DNA of 64,000 nt from Trypethelium eluteriae (taxonomy: Eukaryota): the NCBI GenBank assembly GCA_051942245.1, contig JAVECL010000005.1, positions 62,001 through 126,000 of the forward strand. Direction: 5' to 3'. Numbering within the stretch: position 1 is the stretch's first letter; the number at the start of each line of letters is the position of its first letter. A program made the position numbers and the translations under genes. Below are positions 35,510-49,715 of the stretch, piece after piece. The notes below the pieces were generated by a model that did not search any database, had not been told where the DNA came from, and saw nothing but the letters and a program-made list of their open reading frames with translations.

Positions 35510-37280
35510 ATGTCTGCTGCAGCGCAAGCAGAAACAATCCTCAAGGACGTCAATGTCCTAGGATCGCTCAACGATCAGACCAGAAAGATTTTGAACAAAG
35601 ATGCTCTTGTCTTCCTCGCTCTCCTCCACCGTACCTTCAATGGCACTCGAAAAGCTCTCCTACAGCGTCGCATGATCCGACAGGCTGAGCTCGATAAGGG
35701 CAATACTCCCGACTTCCTGCCAGAAACGAGACACATTCGCGAAAATGATGCATGGAGGGGTGCCCCACCAGCACCAGGTCTAGTAGACAGGCGCGTGGAA
35801 ATTACAGGGCCCACAGATAAGAAGATGGTTGTCAATGCTCTGAACTCGGATGTTTGGACCTATATGGCAGATTTCGAAGGTACGGACGGCAGTTGGACGG
35901 AGACAGAGGGAGACAATTGGAGACTGACTTGAGATCCAGACTCCAATGCACCAACATGGGACAACATGATCAATGGCCAGCTCAACCTTTATGATGCCAT
36001 TCGTAAGCAGGTAGACTTTAAGCAGGGCGAAAAAGAATACAAGCTACGAACTGATCGCGTCCTCCCCACACTCATCTGCCGCGCCCGCGGCTGGCATTTG
36101 GAAGAAAAACACCTGACCATTGATGGCGAGCCTATCTCCGGCAGCTTATTCGACTTCGGTCTATACTTCTTCCACAATGCAAGGAAACTGGTCGAGACTG
36201 GGACTGGCCCTTATTTCTATCTGCCGAAGATGGAGTCGCACCTAGAAGCGCGTCTCTGGAACGACGTTTTCAACCTTGCCCAGGACTACGTTGGCATGCC
36301 ACGAGGTACAATCCGCGGTACTGTCCTCATCGAAACCATCCTTGCGGCCTTTGAAATGGACGAGATCATCTATGAGTTGCGCGACCATAGTTCAGGCCTG
36401 AACTGCGGCCGCTGGGACTACATCTTCAGCGTCATCAAGCGGTTCCGCCAGAACCCGGCCTTCTGCTTACCAGACCGCAGCGCCGTTACCATGACAGTGC
36501 CCTTCATGGACGCCTACGTCCGACTCCTCATCCAGACGTGCCACCGACGCGGCGTGCACGCCATGGGTGGTATGGCGGCGCAGATCCCGATCAAGACCGA
36601 CCCAGCGGCCAACGACGCCGCCATGTCCTCGGTACGCTCCGACAAGCTGCGTGAGGTGCGCGCGGGTCACGACGGCACCTGGGTTGCACATCCTGCGCTC
36701 GCAGCGATTGCGACGTCCGTCTTCAATGAGCACATGCCAACGCCGAACCAGCTGTTTGTCCGACGCGAGGATGTGCACGTCACCGCGAATGACTTGTTGA
36801 ATATGAACAACCCGGGAAAGATCACGGAAGATGGTATCCGGAAGAACCTGAACATTGGATTGGGCTATATGGAGGGCTGGCTCCGGGGCGTCGGCTGCGT
36901 GCCGATCAACTTCCTTATGGAAGATGCGGCTACGGCGGAAGTGAGTCGCAGTCAGCTCTGGCAGTGGTGTCGACATGGGGTGAGCACAAGTGAGGAGCAA
37001 AAGGTCGATAAGGCGTACGCGCTGAAGTTATTGAGAGAGCAAACGCAAGAGTTGGAGAGCAAGGCACCAAAGGGCAACAAGTACGCGCTTGCAGCACGGT
37101 ACTTCGAGGGACAAGTGACTGGAGAGGACTATGCCGAATTCCTGACATCGTGAGTGCAGCCTTGATTCGGCTACTTTTCCCATCCATTAGCTCGTAAGGA
37201 TCACAGCTGACCATATCGCCAGATTACTGTACAACGAGGTGACGACTGTCGGTCCCGCGGCACCGGCCTCGAAGCTGTAA
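35510..37280 (+). CDS. acuE: Malate synthase (glyoxysomal), 3 exons, PTS1 -SKL
   Basis: [54 protein letters not shown] and [18 protein letters not shown]. Introns at 35880-35939 and 37150-37222. The last exon ends PASKL*. Confidence 0.97.
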
Positions 37281-38047
37281 ACTTGATCACGCTACCCTCG
37301 ATATATTGCTGGTGGTCTGTAAAAGTTCTGCGACCTCATATATCGAATCGGATCAATCCCCATCACAACATCATGTGGTGTCCAGCAATGCTATACAATA
37401 GCTGTATTATCTAAACGCCTTGTTCGTTTTGAATTGTAATAGGCGCTTTGAAACCAGGCAGAACTACCTGTTGTGCGTTAATTTCGTGCCTGTGCAAGTA
37501 GCAATATGCGTTCGTATCCTTGCTCAATCTTCAAGTGTTGATGTACGCTTCTATTAACGTTCTACCTACGTTGAGTCGCTTCGCTTTCCGTCAGCTCCAT
37601 CAATCGCAACAATCAGAGCCGCGTATTTCACCAAGGCGCACCTCCGTATGGACGCCTCATTTCTGCTTACCTCATAGTCTTCCCGATTACAAGAACCGAC
37701 ACGCACAATATTCGATGGCTCCATAGGGTAGTACTGGATTTGCAGACAAGGGAAAAGGTAGAACCAATCAGAGCTGAAAGACGCTCGAAAGAACATGTGA
37801 CGGAGCAAGCTTTGATGCAAAGATTTGTAATTAGGCGTCAAGTGCTGGCACAAATGCTTTGATGTATTCTTCAGCTCAGCCTGACTGGGGTCCATTGACG
37901 AATAAGTTCTTGCCGGACATCTTTAGTACCCTGTAAGATTGTATCTTCTTCCTCTAAATCTCCTCTCGACCAACGAGACGCTATTCATCATAGATGGGCC
38001 TGCCAACTCAATCTCCTGTGCCCCAAGTGCTATCTCGTAGAAAGAGC

Positions 38048-38750
38048 TTAGGCCGTGGGCTGTACGTCCCAATTGCGGAGCATCTGTCCAAGAGCCCAAG
38101 ACCATTCCATGATAAACGCGTTGGACAGCTGAGAGATTGTTTCGGAGTTGGGATTGCGATCACCCCACATTGAGGGGAGAGAAGCTTGTGCTTGGGCGTG
38201 GACTTTGATAAGCTGACTGAGAAAAGTGTTGGCTTGTGTCAGTAAGGTTATCATGGCCTGAGTCTAGAAATCTGGGAAGGAATATAAAGAGACAAAGAGG
38301 GTGACGAACGTACTCGTTGTGGATTTTGATCAGAACGAGCCAGCAGTAATTCCAGCTCCGATTGCTTGCTGGATCTTGATAGACACGTTGCTTCGCATCA
38401 TCAAGGCATGCAGAGCTAGAAGGTATCAGCTCTGTTCTGATGCTGTGCGTATGAACCCACCTGAAAGGATAGTTCCTTGTCAGACTTCGTAGCTCGTTGA
38501 GTAGTTGATTCGAATTAACGTAATACTGCCCTGATCTCCACGTCAACATTATTCGTGAAGCGGTCTGGGCTTATTTAATATAGATTTCCTTACAGGCCGT
38601 GGTCATAGGTTCAGTTAGATCCGGAGTTCCGAGCTGTGCAAACATGCGCTCTACGCGACGAAGTTCAAGCAAGGTGTTAATACGTTTTGTGCGGAGCGCC
38701 GCGATCAGCTGGTCTTTTTCTGCCTGTGATATCCTCCCCGATTCTCCCAT
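38048..38750 (-). CDS. Small conserved-looking hypothetical protein, ~4 exons
   Basis: Short ORFs join via GT-AG introns: MGESGRISQAEKDQLIAALRTKRINTLLELRRVE..|QYYVNSNQLLNELRSLTRNYPF|SACLDDAK..NRSWNYCWLVLIKIH|..FIMEWSWALGQMLRNWDVQPTA*. Confidence 0.7.
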
Positions 38751-41133
38751 CGCTTCGAAGATAATTCGAGAGTACAGGCGCGCTGTAGGGAAATTGAATT
38801 CAGAAGGAGGATCAACTCGAATGAAGAACGGATTGTCCGTGGTTTCGTCCACGATATTGGCTTGCGGTTGAAAATCCGAGCCAAAGGTTCTTTCTGGTCA
38901 GAGAAATGACTCTTCGGTTCAAGTTTGTAGAGAACACTGTATCCAAGTCGAAAATAGGGCTGAGAGACCTGAGTTGGCGGAGCGAATCGATCCAGAGGTT
39001 TTCTCCGCAAGGTTGGGGATTCCCCTTGTAATGACAGGAGATATCTGGACCTGCAAGGCAGTCCGTAGAAGAGATATGGCCTGAGGTCGTTGGAATAGCT
39101 GTCTGTGATCCAGGAAGGTGAATTATTGAGCTTGCTCTATCTTCTCCTCTAAAATGTGGAGGCAATCGAGATCATATGGTAGTAGTCCCTACGTAACACT
39201 GGTATTGCGTCTTTCTCGATGTCTAGATGGAAGTTGGGATACGAGGCAAATTTCAAGTCTTGGTTGATATTGAACAAAATCCTTCGTGCATGAGTGGAAA
39301 GCCATGTCTAGTAGCACGAACTAAGTGATATATACTTGATGAGGGGAGCACACAACGAAAATTGCAGTCCATGTTGAGAAAATAAGAAAATAAATTGGAA
39401 TTATGTCTAGTATGGCGGAGTTAAGGAGAAAAGCTAAGGATCCGAAGCTGTGGGGATTGTCTCTGTCCGTGGAATACTCCAGTACTGTGGCATCTGTGCC
39501 ATGCAAGTTGTGAGTCGACACTTGTTGTACAAGCTCGACACCTTACTACACTGAAGATCCATGCTCGCAGCGAGAAAGGACTGGAAGCACCGATCTGTTG
39601 CTATTGTGGCAGGGTCGAGCTGAATGACATTATATCAGAAAACCGGTCTATTGAGAGTCCGATTGGAGCGAGTTCGTCGCTGGGCCGCGTAAGTCCAAGA
39701 CAACAGAGATCGAGAAGTTTAATGGCAAGCAACTGTAGCCGTTATACTTAATGAATTTGGAGATCCGAGTAGGCAGAAGCACAGCCTATTTGGTAACTAC
39801 CTAGACAGCCATAAGCAAGAAACATGAAGGATCGAGGTAGTTTCGCGCGAATCAAGTAGTCTTTCGCCAAAGAAGAACGCGTCGTACTTCGTAGCCTGTA
39901 GGCCGTAGCAATCAGACAGAGATGACATTAGGATAGGTACTCCGTAGTAGGTAGGTAAGTTGCCATTGCGGCATGAGTTACTCTGATGGTCGCTCAGCCC
40001 TCACGGCTAGGGCTGACAAAACCTTGGCCAGCTCTCAATCTTTTTTGTCATCCTTATTATTACTCAGCCACCGAAATATCCTATTTGCAACAAAGCGAAC
40101 CTGCTTCGTACATAAGGTTATGAATAGTTGCACCTCTTTACATTTGTCATTTCCTAGCATCTCATCTTTCAACTATAAGTTACCCGTCGCAAGGGCAGGT
40201 CAGTCTGCATTATACAATGCCAAATACCAACGGCAATGACGCGGCTCTTCAGCTGAACAGCCACCAAACCATCTCGCTCACATTCCTGACGTCAATGTGG
40301 CTACCTTAAGGTATCTACAGCTTGGTTGTGGCCTGTGCCTCTGAGTCCTACCCCCTTTGTTCTGGAGCTTTAATCACTTGGTAGCCTTGCGTTCGGACTA
40401 CTTTCATCTGAGGCCGCCGCAAAATGTCGAAGTGTCGGCTCCTTGCTGAAGCGCGACCGTCAGATATTCCTAATAGTTATCTCTCGACCTCGTTATCTCT
40501 ATGCGGTTAAAACAAAGATCGATCTGGTATTCGTGACTCATTCGATCCGCCTAGACCGTGAAACAACTTATTGATTTGCATTTGCGAGGCATGACCTGAG
40601 CCGCAATCCTTGCTATCAACGTGTTCCCGTCATCGACGCCTGGACCGCGACAATCTCAAAATCTTATTCCACGAGGATGCATTACCTATATCTTGACAGC
40701 TTGTTATTCCCAGTACGGGCTTAGTGCTCGTGTACGGTTTGATTTGCATGCGTCCGTACTCCGTACATCCTGGATGGTGCAGATTCCACAAGACCTCAAT
40801 GAAGGTGCTTGGACACTGTTAGCAGAGCTTTCAGGGGAATTCTGATGCTTCACTGTTTATGGAAACCAAGCAGAGCTTCCTCTTGAGCACTAATGAGTCA
40901 CGGCTTGCCACGACCCATGCACAATCTGCATGTTGTAAATGTCGGACGTGGTAAGGTGCGGGCTTGGTTCTGGTCCACCCCTAACCTTCTCTCGTATTTA
41001 CACCGCTCTGCCGGAGCTTCCAGCCTCTGCTTCCGACCCTACTGGGCACATAACATAATGGCACATGCAATCTATATAAGGGCTCCCTAAATCCACGCCA
41101 AATTCTGACAAACAATTTCCGAAGCTTTTCACC

Positions 41134-41878
41134 ATGGCCGATTCTCAGCAGCCACAAGCACCCCGCAAGACCTATACCGGTTCGTGCCACTGTGGCGCGG
41201 TCGAGTTCGAAGTCACTCATCCGGATATTGAAACTACTGGCGTGTCCCAGTGCAACTGTATTTCTCGACCCCGTTGCAGTAAAAAATGCAAAGTTCATTC
41301 TGATGTGAGAAGGCTCAATCTGTCGTCGGAACGGTTATCGTATGATCTATATCCCAGCCGGGGATCTGAAGTACACCAAGGGCAAAGATCACCTGACTGT
41401 ATGAGACATGAAGCCGCCTTATCCTGAGAAGACTTCATTGACGCCTGCATAGAGCTACCAGTTCGGTTCGAAGCAGGGCAATCACCGTAGGTTATCTCTA
41501 GTACCCAGAAATCGACACTTGGCTCGTCGTCGATCATTTGCCTCACCGTTTTCCGGCCCTTTTCGGGCTTTTCAGCAGTCTAACGAAGAGACTAATTATG
41601 TCGGCCTAGTCTTCTGTCCCACATGCGGCACGTCGACAGTGGGCGATCTTGAGGGGATAATTCCTGGTATCAGCCACGCGGTCAATGTGAGTGCGATTAC
41701 CCACGTGCATTGTACGAGCAAATTGCTTCTAAGCAGTTGCACCTCCAAATGCCGCCATCTTCCGCCAGACATCCACCTGACGTGTGCGTGATAGATCCGA
41801 ACGCTGCACGGAATCGAGCCCGACAAAATTCAAGTCTCCCAGTACATAGACAACAAAGGTGGTCATCGGAGCGACTAG
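41134..41878 (+). CDS. GFA/Mss4-like (CENP-V) zinc-binding protein, ~5 exons
   Basis: YTGSCHCGAVEF, CNC|SIC, YQFGSK, FCPTCG, AVN|IRTL, with stop at 41876-41878. Confidence 0.85.
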
Positions 41879-42413
41879 TCGCGACATGAATGCTAGGTAG
41901 CAGACTACTGATGTGACTGCGGCCCAATGGCTGTTTCATCTGGGTAGATCAATCTCAAAAATACCTCGATAAACGATTTTCCAAACAGGTGCAATGTGTG
42001 CTGCGTGTATGTCTCCAAGTTGATAGCTGCTGTAGCCAATTGCACGCGAGTGTTTTGAAACCAGAAAGATGAGGATAAGGCTGAGTGGGCGTGGTGGTGG
42101 CGGCTGCAGCCAGAAAATCCGGCAGAATTAAAAATGTCCCAAGATCAACCCACGCTGCCACGCTGCCACCTTTTTAACACCACTCTCCCCTCCTTTTCCT
42201 TTCCTTTCTGTTCGCAACGCCTCGGCGTTCGAGGCTGCTTTTTCTAATATCCTAGTTCCACTCCGTATAGACTTCTCTCTCTATTTGCTCCAGGGGTTCC
42301 CCAGTGCGGCGCCGTCTTGACGGCTGACACTTAGCTGGACGAAAACCAGTAAACTTCATACCCCAGGGAGAGCAAAACTTTCGTGCTGAGCAGACTTGAC
42401 GCGGTCCTCCAAA

Positions 42414-45400
42414 ATGCCGCATCACGAATCACCTCCTATGCAACCTACGATGGTCGCCAAATCCAACGGCGACTCGCCTGCGCCTAGTCAAGCTGACGTC
42501 GCTTCAATACTAGACACAATTTTCAACAGCAAGACGTCGCAGGCATCGCTCGATGCTGCTTATGCCCTCACTACAACTTTGTCGCAATCGGTCGGCTTCC
42601 GTGGACTGAAGGGATACGGCTTACTAGAAGACATTAAAAAAGCTGCGGCAGATAAGAAGAACCTAGGGCGCAGGGAAGGATCCATGTTCGCCCTCGGCGC
42701 TCTGTTCGAACGAATGCCTCTACATCAACCTACTAGCGAAGTCGTCTTCCTAGCTCAGGAAGAAAGTCTGGTACCTCTCGCTCTCGACGCACTTGCGGAT
42801 AAAGGGTCTTCGGTCAAAGAGTCCGCACAGTATGCACTCGATGCGCTCTTCAACAATCTCAAGCCTGAAGCCACGATATTCGCCTTACTGCCAGTCTTGA
42901 TGCAATACCTTGGCAAAAGGACTGGTAAATGGCAAGGTACCGTCGGAGCCATGGAACTTATTGGGAGAATGGCCGAAAAAGCCAAAATGGGTATGGGAAG
43001 CAAAGAAGAGGAGCAGCTGAAGGACATACTCAGAGATGCCATGGGTAAGCGGCTGGAAGGTCTGATACCAATAGTCGAAGCCGGTATGCATGATCTGAAA
43101 TCTGAGGTGAGTTTCACAATAACCAGGAAGAACGTTAGAAAACGTATCCCAACTTTAATCGTGTTAGGTTGCGAAGCAATCTTTGAAGACAATGAACGGA
43201 CTGACTACCTTGCTCGACAACGATGACGTTGCCCCAAGGATACCACTCCTCGTCAAATCCATGGAAAATCCTTCCACCGAGGCCCTCCAAAAGGCCATTC
43301 ACGCATTGTCTCAGACAACATTCGTTGCGGTCGTCACGTCTCCTGTTCTTGCCCTACTTACTCCTTTGCTCGAGAGATCCCTCAACAGTCCATCAACTGC
43401 TCAAGAGGTACTACGACAGACGACAGTGGTGGTTGAGAACTTAACAAAGCTGGTGCATGATCCAATCGAAGCCAGAGCTTTCCTGCCAAAGCTCAAGCCC
43501 GGGGTCAAAAAGGTCAAAGATGGAGCTTCACTCCCTGAAGTTCGCGAGATTGGTAGGCGGGCTCTCGATGTTATCAATAAGGCCATGGGCGATCGTGATG
43601 GAGAGGTCGCTCGCGGTGTGATTGCGCGCACTACTCCTGAAGACGTGCTCGCTATTCTAGATCCGGAGATCAAGAAGAACGGGGGTCTCCTTGACTATCT
43701 TGGGGACGCTAAAGTGGGCCAATTGACAAAGAAGCTCTGCGCCGAGATGGTTGCAGAGGATGTCAATCAAAGGCAGCTTGACCGCATCGTTCCATGTATA
43801 GGTCCCTATTTGCAACCTCTCATGACTGATGGTGCCGCCTCAGTCATCGCTGAATCCATCAAAGCCTTTTACGTCGAAGAAGACAATCGCAAATTTGGCG
43901 CGCCTATTAAAGAAGACGACGGCGAGACTGAGATTGTTAATGCGAATTTCTCATTGGGATACGGAGGCATGCTCCTTCTTTCTCACACGAATCTGCGCCT
44001 ACTGAAGGGTCATCGTTATGGTCTTTGCGGAAGAAATGGAGCCGGCAAATCCACGTTGATGCGCAGCATAGCCAACAACAAGCTGGAAGGCTTTCCGCCA
44101 CCGGAGGAAGTAAAGTCATGTTTTGTTGAGCACAATCAGGGTGAAGATGCAGACCTCAGTATCCTGGAATTTACGGTCAAGGATCCTGCTCTACAAGCAG
44201 AAGGTAAAGATCGGATATCCAAAGTCTTGGCAGAGTTTGGCTTCACGTCTGGCCCAGAAGGAAGACAATCTCAGAAAGTTGGATCACTCTCAGGTGGATG
44301 GAAAATGAAACTGGCTCTAGCCAGAGCAATGCTGATGCGCGCTGATGTCTTGCTGCTTGATGAACCGACGAACCACCTGGACGTTGCGAACGTCAAATGG
44401 CTGGAAGAGTACCTGAAGAAACACACCGAAATCACCAGTCTCATTGTCTCTCACGACTCCGGATTTTTGGATGACGTCTGCACCGACATCTACCACTACG
44501 AAAGCAAAAAGCTAGTCTGCTACAAAGGCAATCTTGCAGCCTTTGTCAAGATTAAGCCGGAAGCCAAATCCTATTATACGCTCTCTGACGCAAATGCTCA
44601 GTTCAAATTCCCACCCCCAGGTATCCTCTCTGGCGTGAAGTCAAATACGCGTTCCATCCTTCGCATGACCAACTGCACTTTCACGTACCCCGGCTCATCC
44701 AAGCCGTCACTGTACGACGTCTCCTGTCAGCTTACGCTCTCCTCCCGGGTCGCCATCATCGGGGGCAATGGCGCTGGCAAATCGACCCTTATCAAAATCC
44801 TTACGGGCGAAATGGTCCCGCAACAAGGCAAAGTCGAAAAGCACCCTAATCTCCGTATAGGCTACATTAAGCAACATGCCTTAGAGCACGTCGAAATGCA
44901 CATGGAGAAGACGCCGAATCAATACCTCCAATGGCGATACGCACACGGCGACGACCGAGAAGTCTTCCTCAAGCAGACGCGCATGCTCACAGACGAAGAC
45001 CGTGCACAGATGGACAAGTTCGTCGACCTCGGTGACGGAAAGGGCGAGCGACAGATCGAGGCGCTCGTTGGCCGGCAAAAATACCAGAAGACGTTCCAGT
45101 ACGAGGTCAAATGGCGGCACCAGCTTCCGAAGCACAACACGCAAATCTCACGCGAGACGCTGCTCAAGCTCGGCTTCTACAAGCTGGTGCAGGAGTTCGA
45201 CGACCACGAGGCGTCGCGCGAGGGCCTGGGCTTCCGCATCTTGGAGCCTCGTGTCATCGCACAGCATTTCGCGGATGTCGGGCTCGACCCGGAGATTGCG
45301 AATCACAACCAGATCTCCGGCTTATCCGGCGGGCAAAAGGTCAAGGTGGTACTTGCCGGCGCCATGTGGAACAACCCGCATCTTCTTGTGTTGGATGAGC

Positions 45401-45911
45401 CGACGAATTTCTTGGATCGTGATTCCCTGGGTGGTCTTGCGGTTGCGATCCGAGACTATAAGGGAGGTGTGGTGATGATTTCACATAATGAGGAGTTTGT
45501 TGGGGCGCTGTGTCCTGAGCAGTGGCACGTAGCAGATGGGCGACTCACGCACAAGGGCCATTTGGCGGTGTCACTGGATCGGTTCGAAGATTCTTCTAGA
45601 CCCGGATCAAGTGTCGCAAGCAGCAACGTAAGCAGTGCAGCGGGCAGTGCGAATGCAAGTGCAGCGAATAGCGATGCTGAAGGCGGAGAGCTCAAGTTTA
45701 GGGCGAAGAAAAAGAAGAAAATGACGAGAGCACAGCAGAAGGAAAGGGAGGTAAGGAGAAGACTGAGGCATATCGAATGGTTGAACAGTCCCAAAGGTGC
45801 GTTTGGCCTACATCTTCGCCTATGTGCCCTTGAGACGTCAATGGATTTTAACGATGCTAATGTGGGTTGACAGGTACGCCGCATCCACCAGACACTGATG
45901 ACGAGGCATGA
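42414..45911 (+). CDS. NEW1: eEF3-like ABC-F ATPase NEW1/Elf1 (HEAT + 2 ABC + chromodomain), 3 exons
   Basis: Walker A motifs GRNGAGKST and GGNGAGKST, signatures LSGGWK and LSGGQK, LDEPTN twice, chromo insert, and NEW1-type C-terminus RRLRHIEWLNSPKG|TPHPPDTDDEA. Introns at ~43107-43168 and 45797-45873. Confidence 0.92.
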
Positions 45912-47018
45912 GGTTATCACTTGGCCATAGAGGCTTTACTGCGCGAGCACGACACGATGGATTGTATCTCTACGGCGTTTTGGACATGCATATAGAGGAC
46001 TCGAAAGCCGGGAAGTCGGGCTTGATCATTTCTTGGATTTTCATCCTTCTATTGTGGTAAAGCTTAGACGATCTTTTCGTATTAGAATGATTCTTTTTTT
46101 TTTTTTTCTTTTTCCGGCGCGTTTGATTCGGATGCGCGAGGCGATAGATGACGAGGGCTCAACCATGTAGCACTGTCAGTACCAAAATTAGATGTTCTTG
46201 ACATGAAGTTCCATGGTTATCGCAATACACTAAATTCTTCCAGACAGACTCGTCTGCTAGCGATCCATTCTTGTGTATCAGTAATAGTCATGCTTACTGC
46301 AGTGACTCAACAAGACCGGGAAAAGATATTTCAAATGTCAAAGGGTCGCAATGTTTGGGGCAAGACTGGCCGGAGCAGCCAAGGAGTCACTCCGGGCCAT
46401 CGAGCCAGGATGTAACATTGGCCAGGAGGCTCAGGATTCGTCTCGAGATCCTCATGCTGGTTCCGATACCTCGCTCCAGGCATCAGGACTGTGATAGAAT
46501 GGCGTAATGATGAATATTCGCAAACTACGTATTTCCGAGTCTTGATCGGATAATGTACTTTTTAAGGCTACCACAGCCCCTGCAATGCGGACACGATGCA
46601 CGGTGGAAGAAGAGACGGTTCCATTGGTGGCCAGCTTTCCAACGGTTCGCCCCTGCAGATCATCCGCTAATTCTGTCGTACCGGAAGATGGGAAGTCGAC
46701 CCCGCCGCTCGCGATGCCCCTCGATCGATGCTAGATTCCGAGACGTACAAGATCTGCTTTTGTGGCGCGCCGAATCAGAGCGCTGCGCAGACGGAGGCAT
46801 CACTTCGTTGAGAAGGTTCACATTTAGCGCACCACCTCTTCAACAGGGGGGCACATGATGTATAGACTACGAATCTAGAATAAGAAGGCAAGTTCATCGT
46901 TTCATTTGCACTCTCTCTGTCCTTTATTACTCTACTTCGCTATCGATTTCACTTCAATCTTGCGTCTCTCATCAAAAGAGGATCCCACCGTTCGTTTACT
47001 CATCATCTTGAAATCACA

Positions 47019-47490
47019 ATGTTTTCTACCACGAAGGCCTTCCTTGTCGCCCTCGCTGCGTCCGCCGTGAGCGCGACGAACTTCTCCGCCTGGCCGGACA
47101 AATACTGTGGCGAAGTGGAATAGTAACTCTCCCCATATCCCTTCTCACCTGCCCCTTCTACCTACTAAACTTCCTCTCTTTAGCAACGTCTTCAACCCCC
47201 CAACCTACATCCTTCCTTCGCTAGAACCCTACCTTAACGGCTCCTGCTTCCAACTCCCAACGGGAATCGGCAGCCTCAAGACCCACTTTTCCGACTTCAC
47301 CGAGGCCTATTTGGTCGGCTATTTCTACCTCGACGCTGCGTGCTCCAACCTGGGCCTTGCGGTTGAGAATGGCGGCAGTGGGAGCCCAGAGTACCCCGTC
47401 GCTGATGGGCAGTGTGTGCAGGCGCCACCTTTCCGAAGCCCTTTGACGAATGGCAGCTGGCAGAGCTTTACGTTGAGCACGTTCCGATGA
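47019..47490 (+). CDS. Small secreted 4-Cys protein (effector candidate A), 2 exons
   Basis: MFSTTKAFLVALAASAVSA signal at ATG 47019. Intron ~47123-47183 (gtaact..ctaaa..ttag) joins it to the ORF ending at 47490. Confidence 0.75.
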
Positions 47491-47946
47491 ATACGATCAG
47501 AGTCGTAGGGGAGATAGGGAAAGTGGAAAAGGGAAAGTGCGAAAGGGAGGTTTTCTGGTAAGCTGGCGAAAAGGGATGAAAAGTCAGTTGTATGAAGAGA
47601 AATGGTTCGTGTAAGAAATCTTGCAGGCTCTTTCACCATTGTGATTGCATTTTGGGGTTGTCTCTGTGCATATTGTTTTCGTGTATATATTCTTTTTTCG
47701 AAATCGAAATTGCACATATGGCGTGGCACATTCCTCCCCAACTATTACAGTGGCTCGAGAAAGACAAGCGGCGAAGGTAACAGTGTGATGAGTCTGGATT
47801 GTCCCTTTCACTATTATCATTATACCATGCTCACGCCTTCAAGCAAGCTCACTCGCAAGCACCATGTCGTATCGCTGCATTAGACGGGTCCCTAAATCAA
47901 CAAATTGGCATTCTAGCGCCGTCTCCTATCCTGCAAGCCATGTGGA

Positions 47947-48534
47947 TTAGATGGTATCTTTCTCCCTGTGCTTCCTTCCAATTGTCTCTGACTCTCGTAT
48001 TTCCAAAGCCTGTTTCTCGTCAAAATACCTGGCGGTTACTGTAGCTTTGCCTGATGCGTCTTCCACTGTCTCATCGACTACCTCCACAACAAACCCAGCT
48101 CCGATCCTCATGTCTGGATAACAGATACGGTTCACCTCTGTCGTAGGCAGAAATGCCGGGGCCAAGACATGAGCTGCAGTCTGTATCCGGCGCTGGACGT
48201 CAAGCGGATTGAGGATGGAGGATGGGGCAGCAGTGTTGAAAGAGACAGAACCGACAGGCGTGGGAGATACATCTGCAATGTTCGTAAGGATCAGCACAGT
48301 GTCCTTAGAGCATGTGCAGTTCTGTGGATGGTAGAGGTAGCTAGAGGCAGAGGAACATTTGTAGCGGATGGCGGAGACGAAGAAAGAGTGGCCTGTGTTA
48401 CGGAGATTCATTAGAGTGTGGTAATGCAGAGTTGCCAGGGCTGACAGCGGACGATAGGGTAGTGATATTTGAGGTGTTGGTGTGGAGGAATGAAAGGCTG
48501 CTGTAGCGAGATGTGGGGAGTTGGAGGCGTTCAT
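47947..48534 (-). CDS. Hypothetical protein
   Basis: 195-aa ORF with ATG start and a protein-like C-terminal half. No family was recognised. Confidence 0.45.
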   Translation of the reverse strand: MNASNSPHLATAAFHSSTPTPQISLPYRPLSALATLHYHTLMNLRNTGHSFFVSAIRYKCSSASSYLYHPQNCTCSKDTVLILTNIADVSPTPVGSVSFNTAAPSSILNPLDVQRRIQTAAHVLAPAFLPTTEVNRICYPDMRIGAGFVVEVVDETVEDASGKATVTARYFDEKQALEIRESETIGRKHREKDTI

Positions 48535-49715
48535 AGGTATGGGAGGAAGAGTCCAGTGCAGCGGACTCGCGTGGGACGTTTTGAGAAGGTGAAAACGGAA
48601 AGGCGTGCGGAAGAGGATGTTGAGGTGGTGTCGAGATGGTATCGAAGGCGCCGCTGTCAGCGGGAAGGGCCGAGATGAGGGTGGTGTTGATGAAGATCGT
48701 TAGAATAATGGTGGGAAAATATGCATAGTGATTGAACGGTTGAGGGTTTAACGGATGAAAGAAACTGGGGGTTTGAACATAGTAGATCCGAGAAGATTGA
48801 CCGTTTCATGGAGTGTAACTGGTATCCTGAATCAATAGTTGTATTGAGAGGAAAGACGGAAGTGCAGTTGGATAAGACAATTCCATAGCCCGATCTGAGA
48901 TAGGTCAAGTAGCGAGATCTAGAAAGCTTCTCATACTATAGGCCATTCCCTCATTCACCACGGGTTGCGAAACTTATCTCTAAGACTTCTTTCGTTGCTC
49001 TCCCTAGGTATCAGGTTGACGTTGGAATATTGACAGATAGATGGGAGCAACGTCAACCAGGACAGAAAAGCGTTGAATGATGGCTGACAGACTTTGTTTC
49101 ACACATCGCACAAAGCCAAAGCTCTACCCAGCTCTACCTAGCTCATCCACCATGACGTTCGCTCCCAGAGGATGATAGATTAAGCGGGCCAGTTGCAGGT
49201 GCCAGCTGGTGTTATCCGATGAGGATAGAATGGAGGGTTGCTGATCACTGAAAGTCGCATGAATCTCTGAAGCGATCCGCATTGTTCACGTCCAATCAGC
49301 CAGTCTTACGAGAAGACATATGCGTATCTTCAGTTGGAGCCAGGGTGATGTGCTTTACAATCTCGGCCATGCTTCTTGTCAGCTGCTGTAATCTGAATGT
49401 CTGGTTTCTACTTGTCGCCACGAGCGCGAGCGAACTCCACCTCGGCCGTCGCATCTTCGCGTAAACAGAGGATTCGCAAGACGTGTCAATTCTTCACTCT
49501 GGCTTTGATGCGCCTTGATTTTAGATCTTCAGTAGAAATCTACGCAATGACAAAGGAAGTACTTCTACAATATAAAGTCTGTATCGTTCCTGGCTCTCAT
49601 CCATCAATTCTCAACAGTCCAAGCACATTTCTTTCTTAACTACACTTCGAGTCCAGATTTCGATTCACAAACATATCATATCCTAATTCAAAACATCCTT
49701 CCACCAAATTTCAAT

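Noticed and set aside
36467..37000. Long antisense/alternative-frame ORFs within malate synthase (likewise in NEW1, CHS4, CHS5)
   Set aside because: They are expected by-products of high-GC codon usage in real genes.
46094..46113. Poly-T tract downstream of NEW1 (also at 130-160)
   Set aside because: It is an ordinary homopolymer in UTR/intergenic DNA, with no target-site duplication suggesting retroposition.
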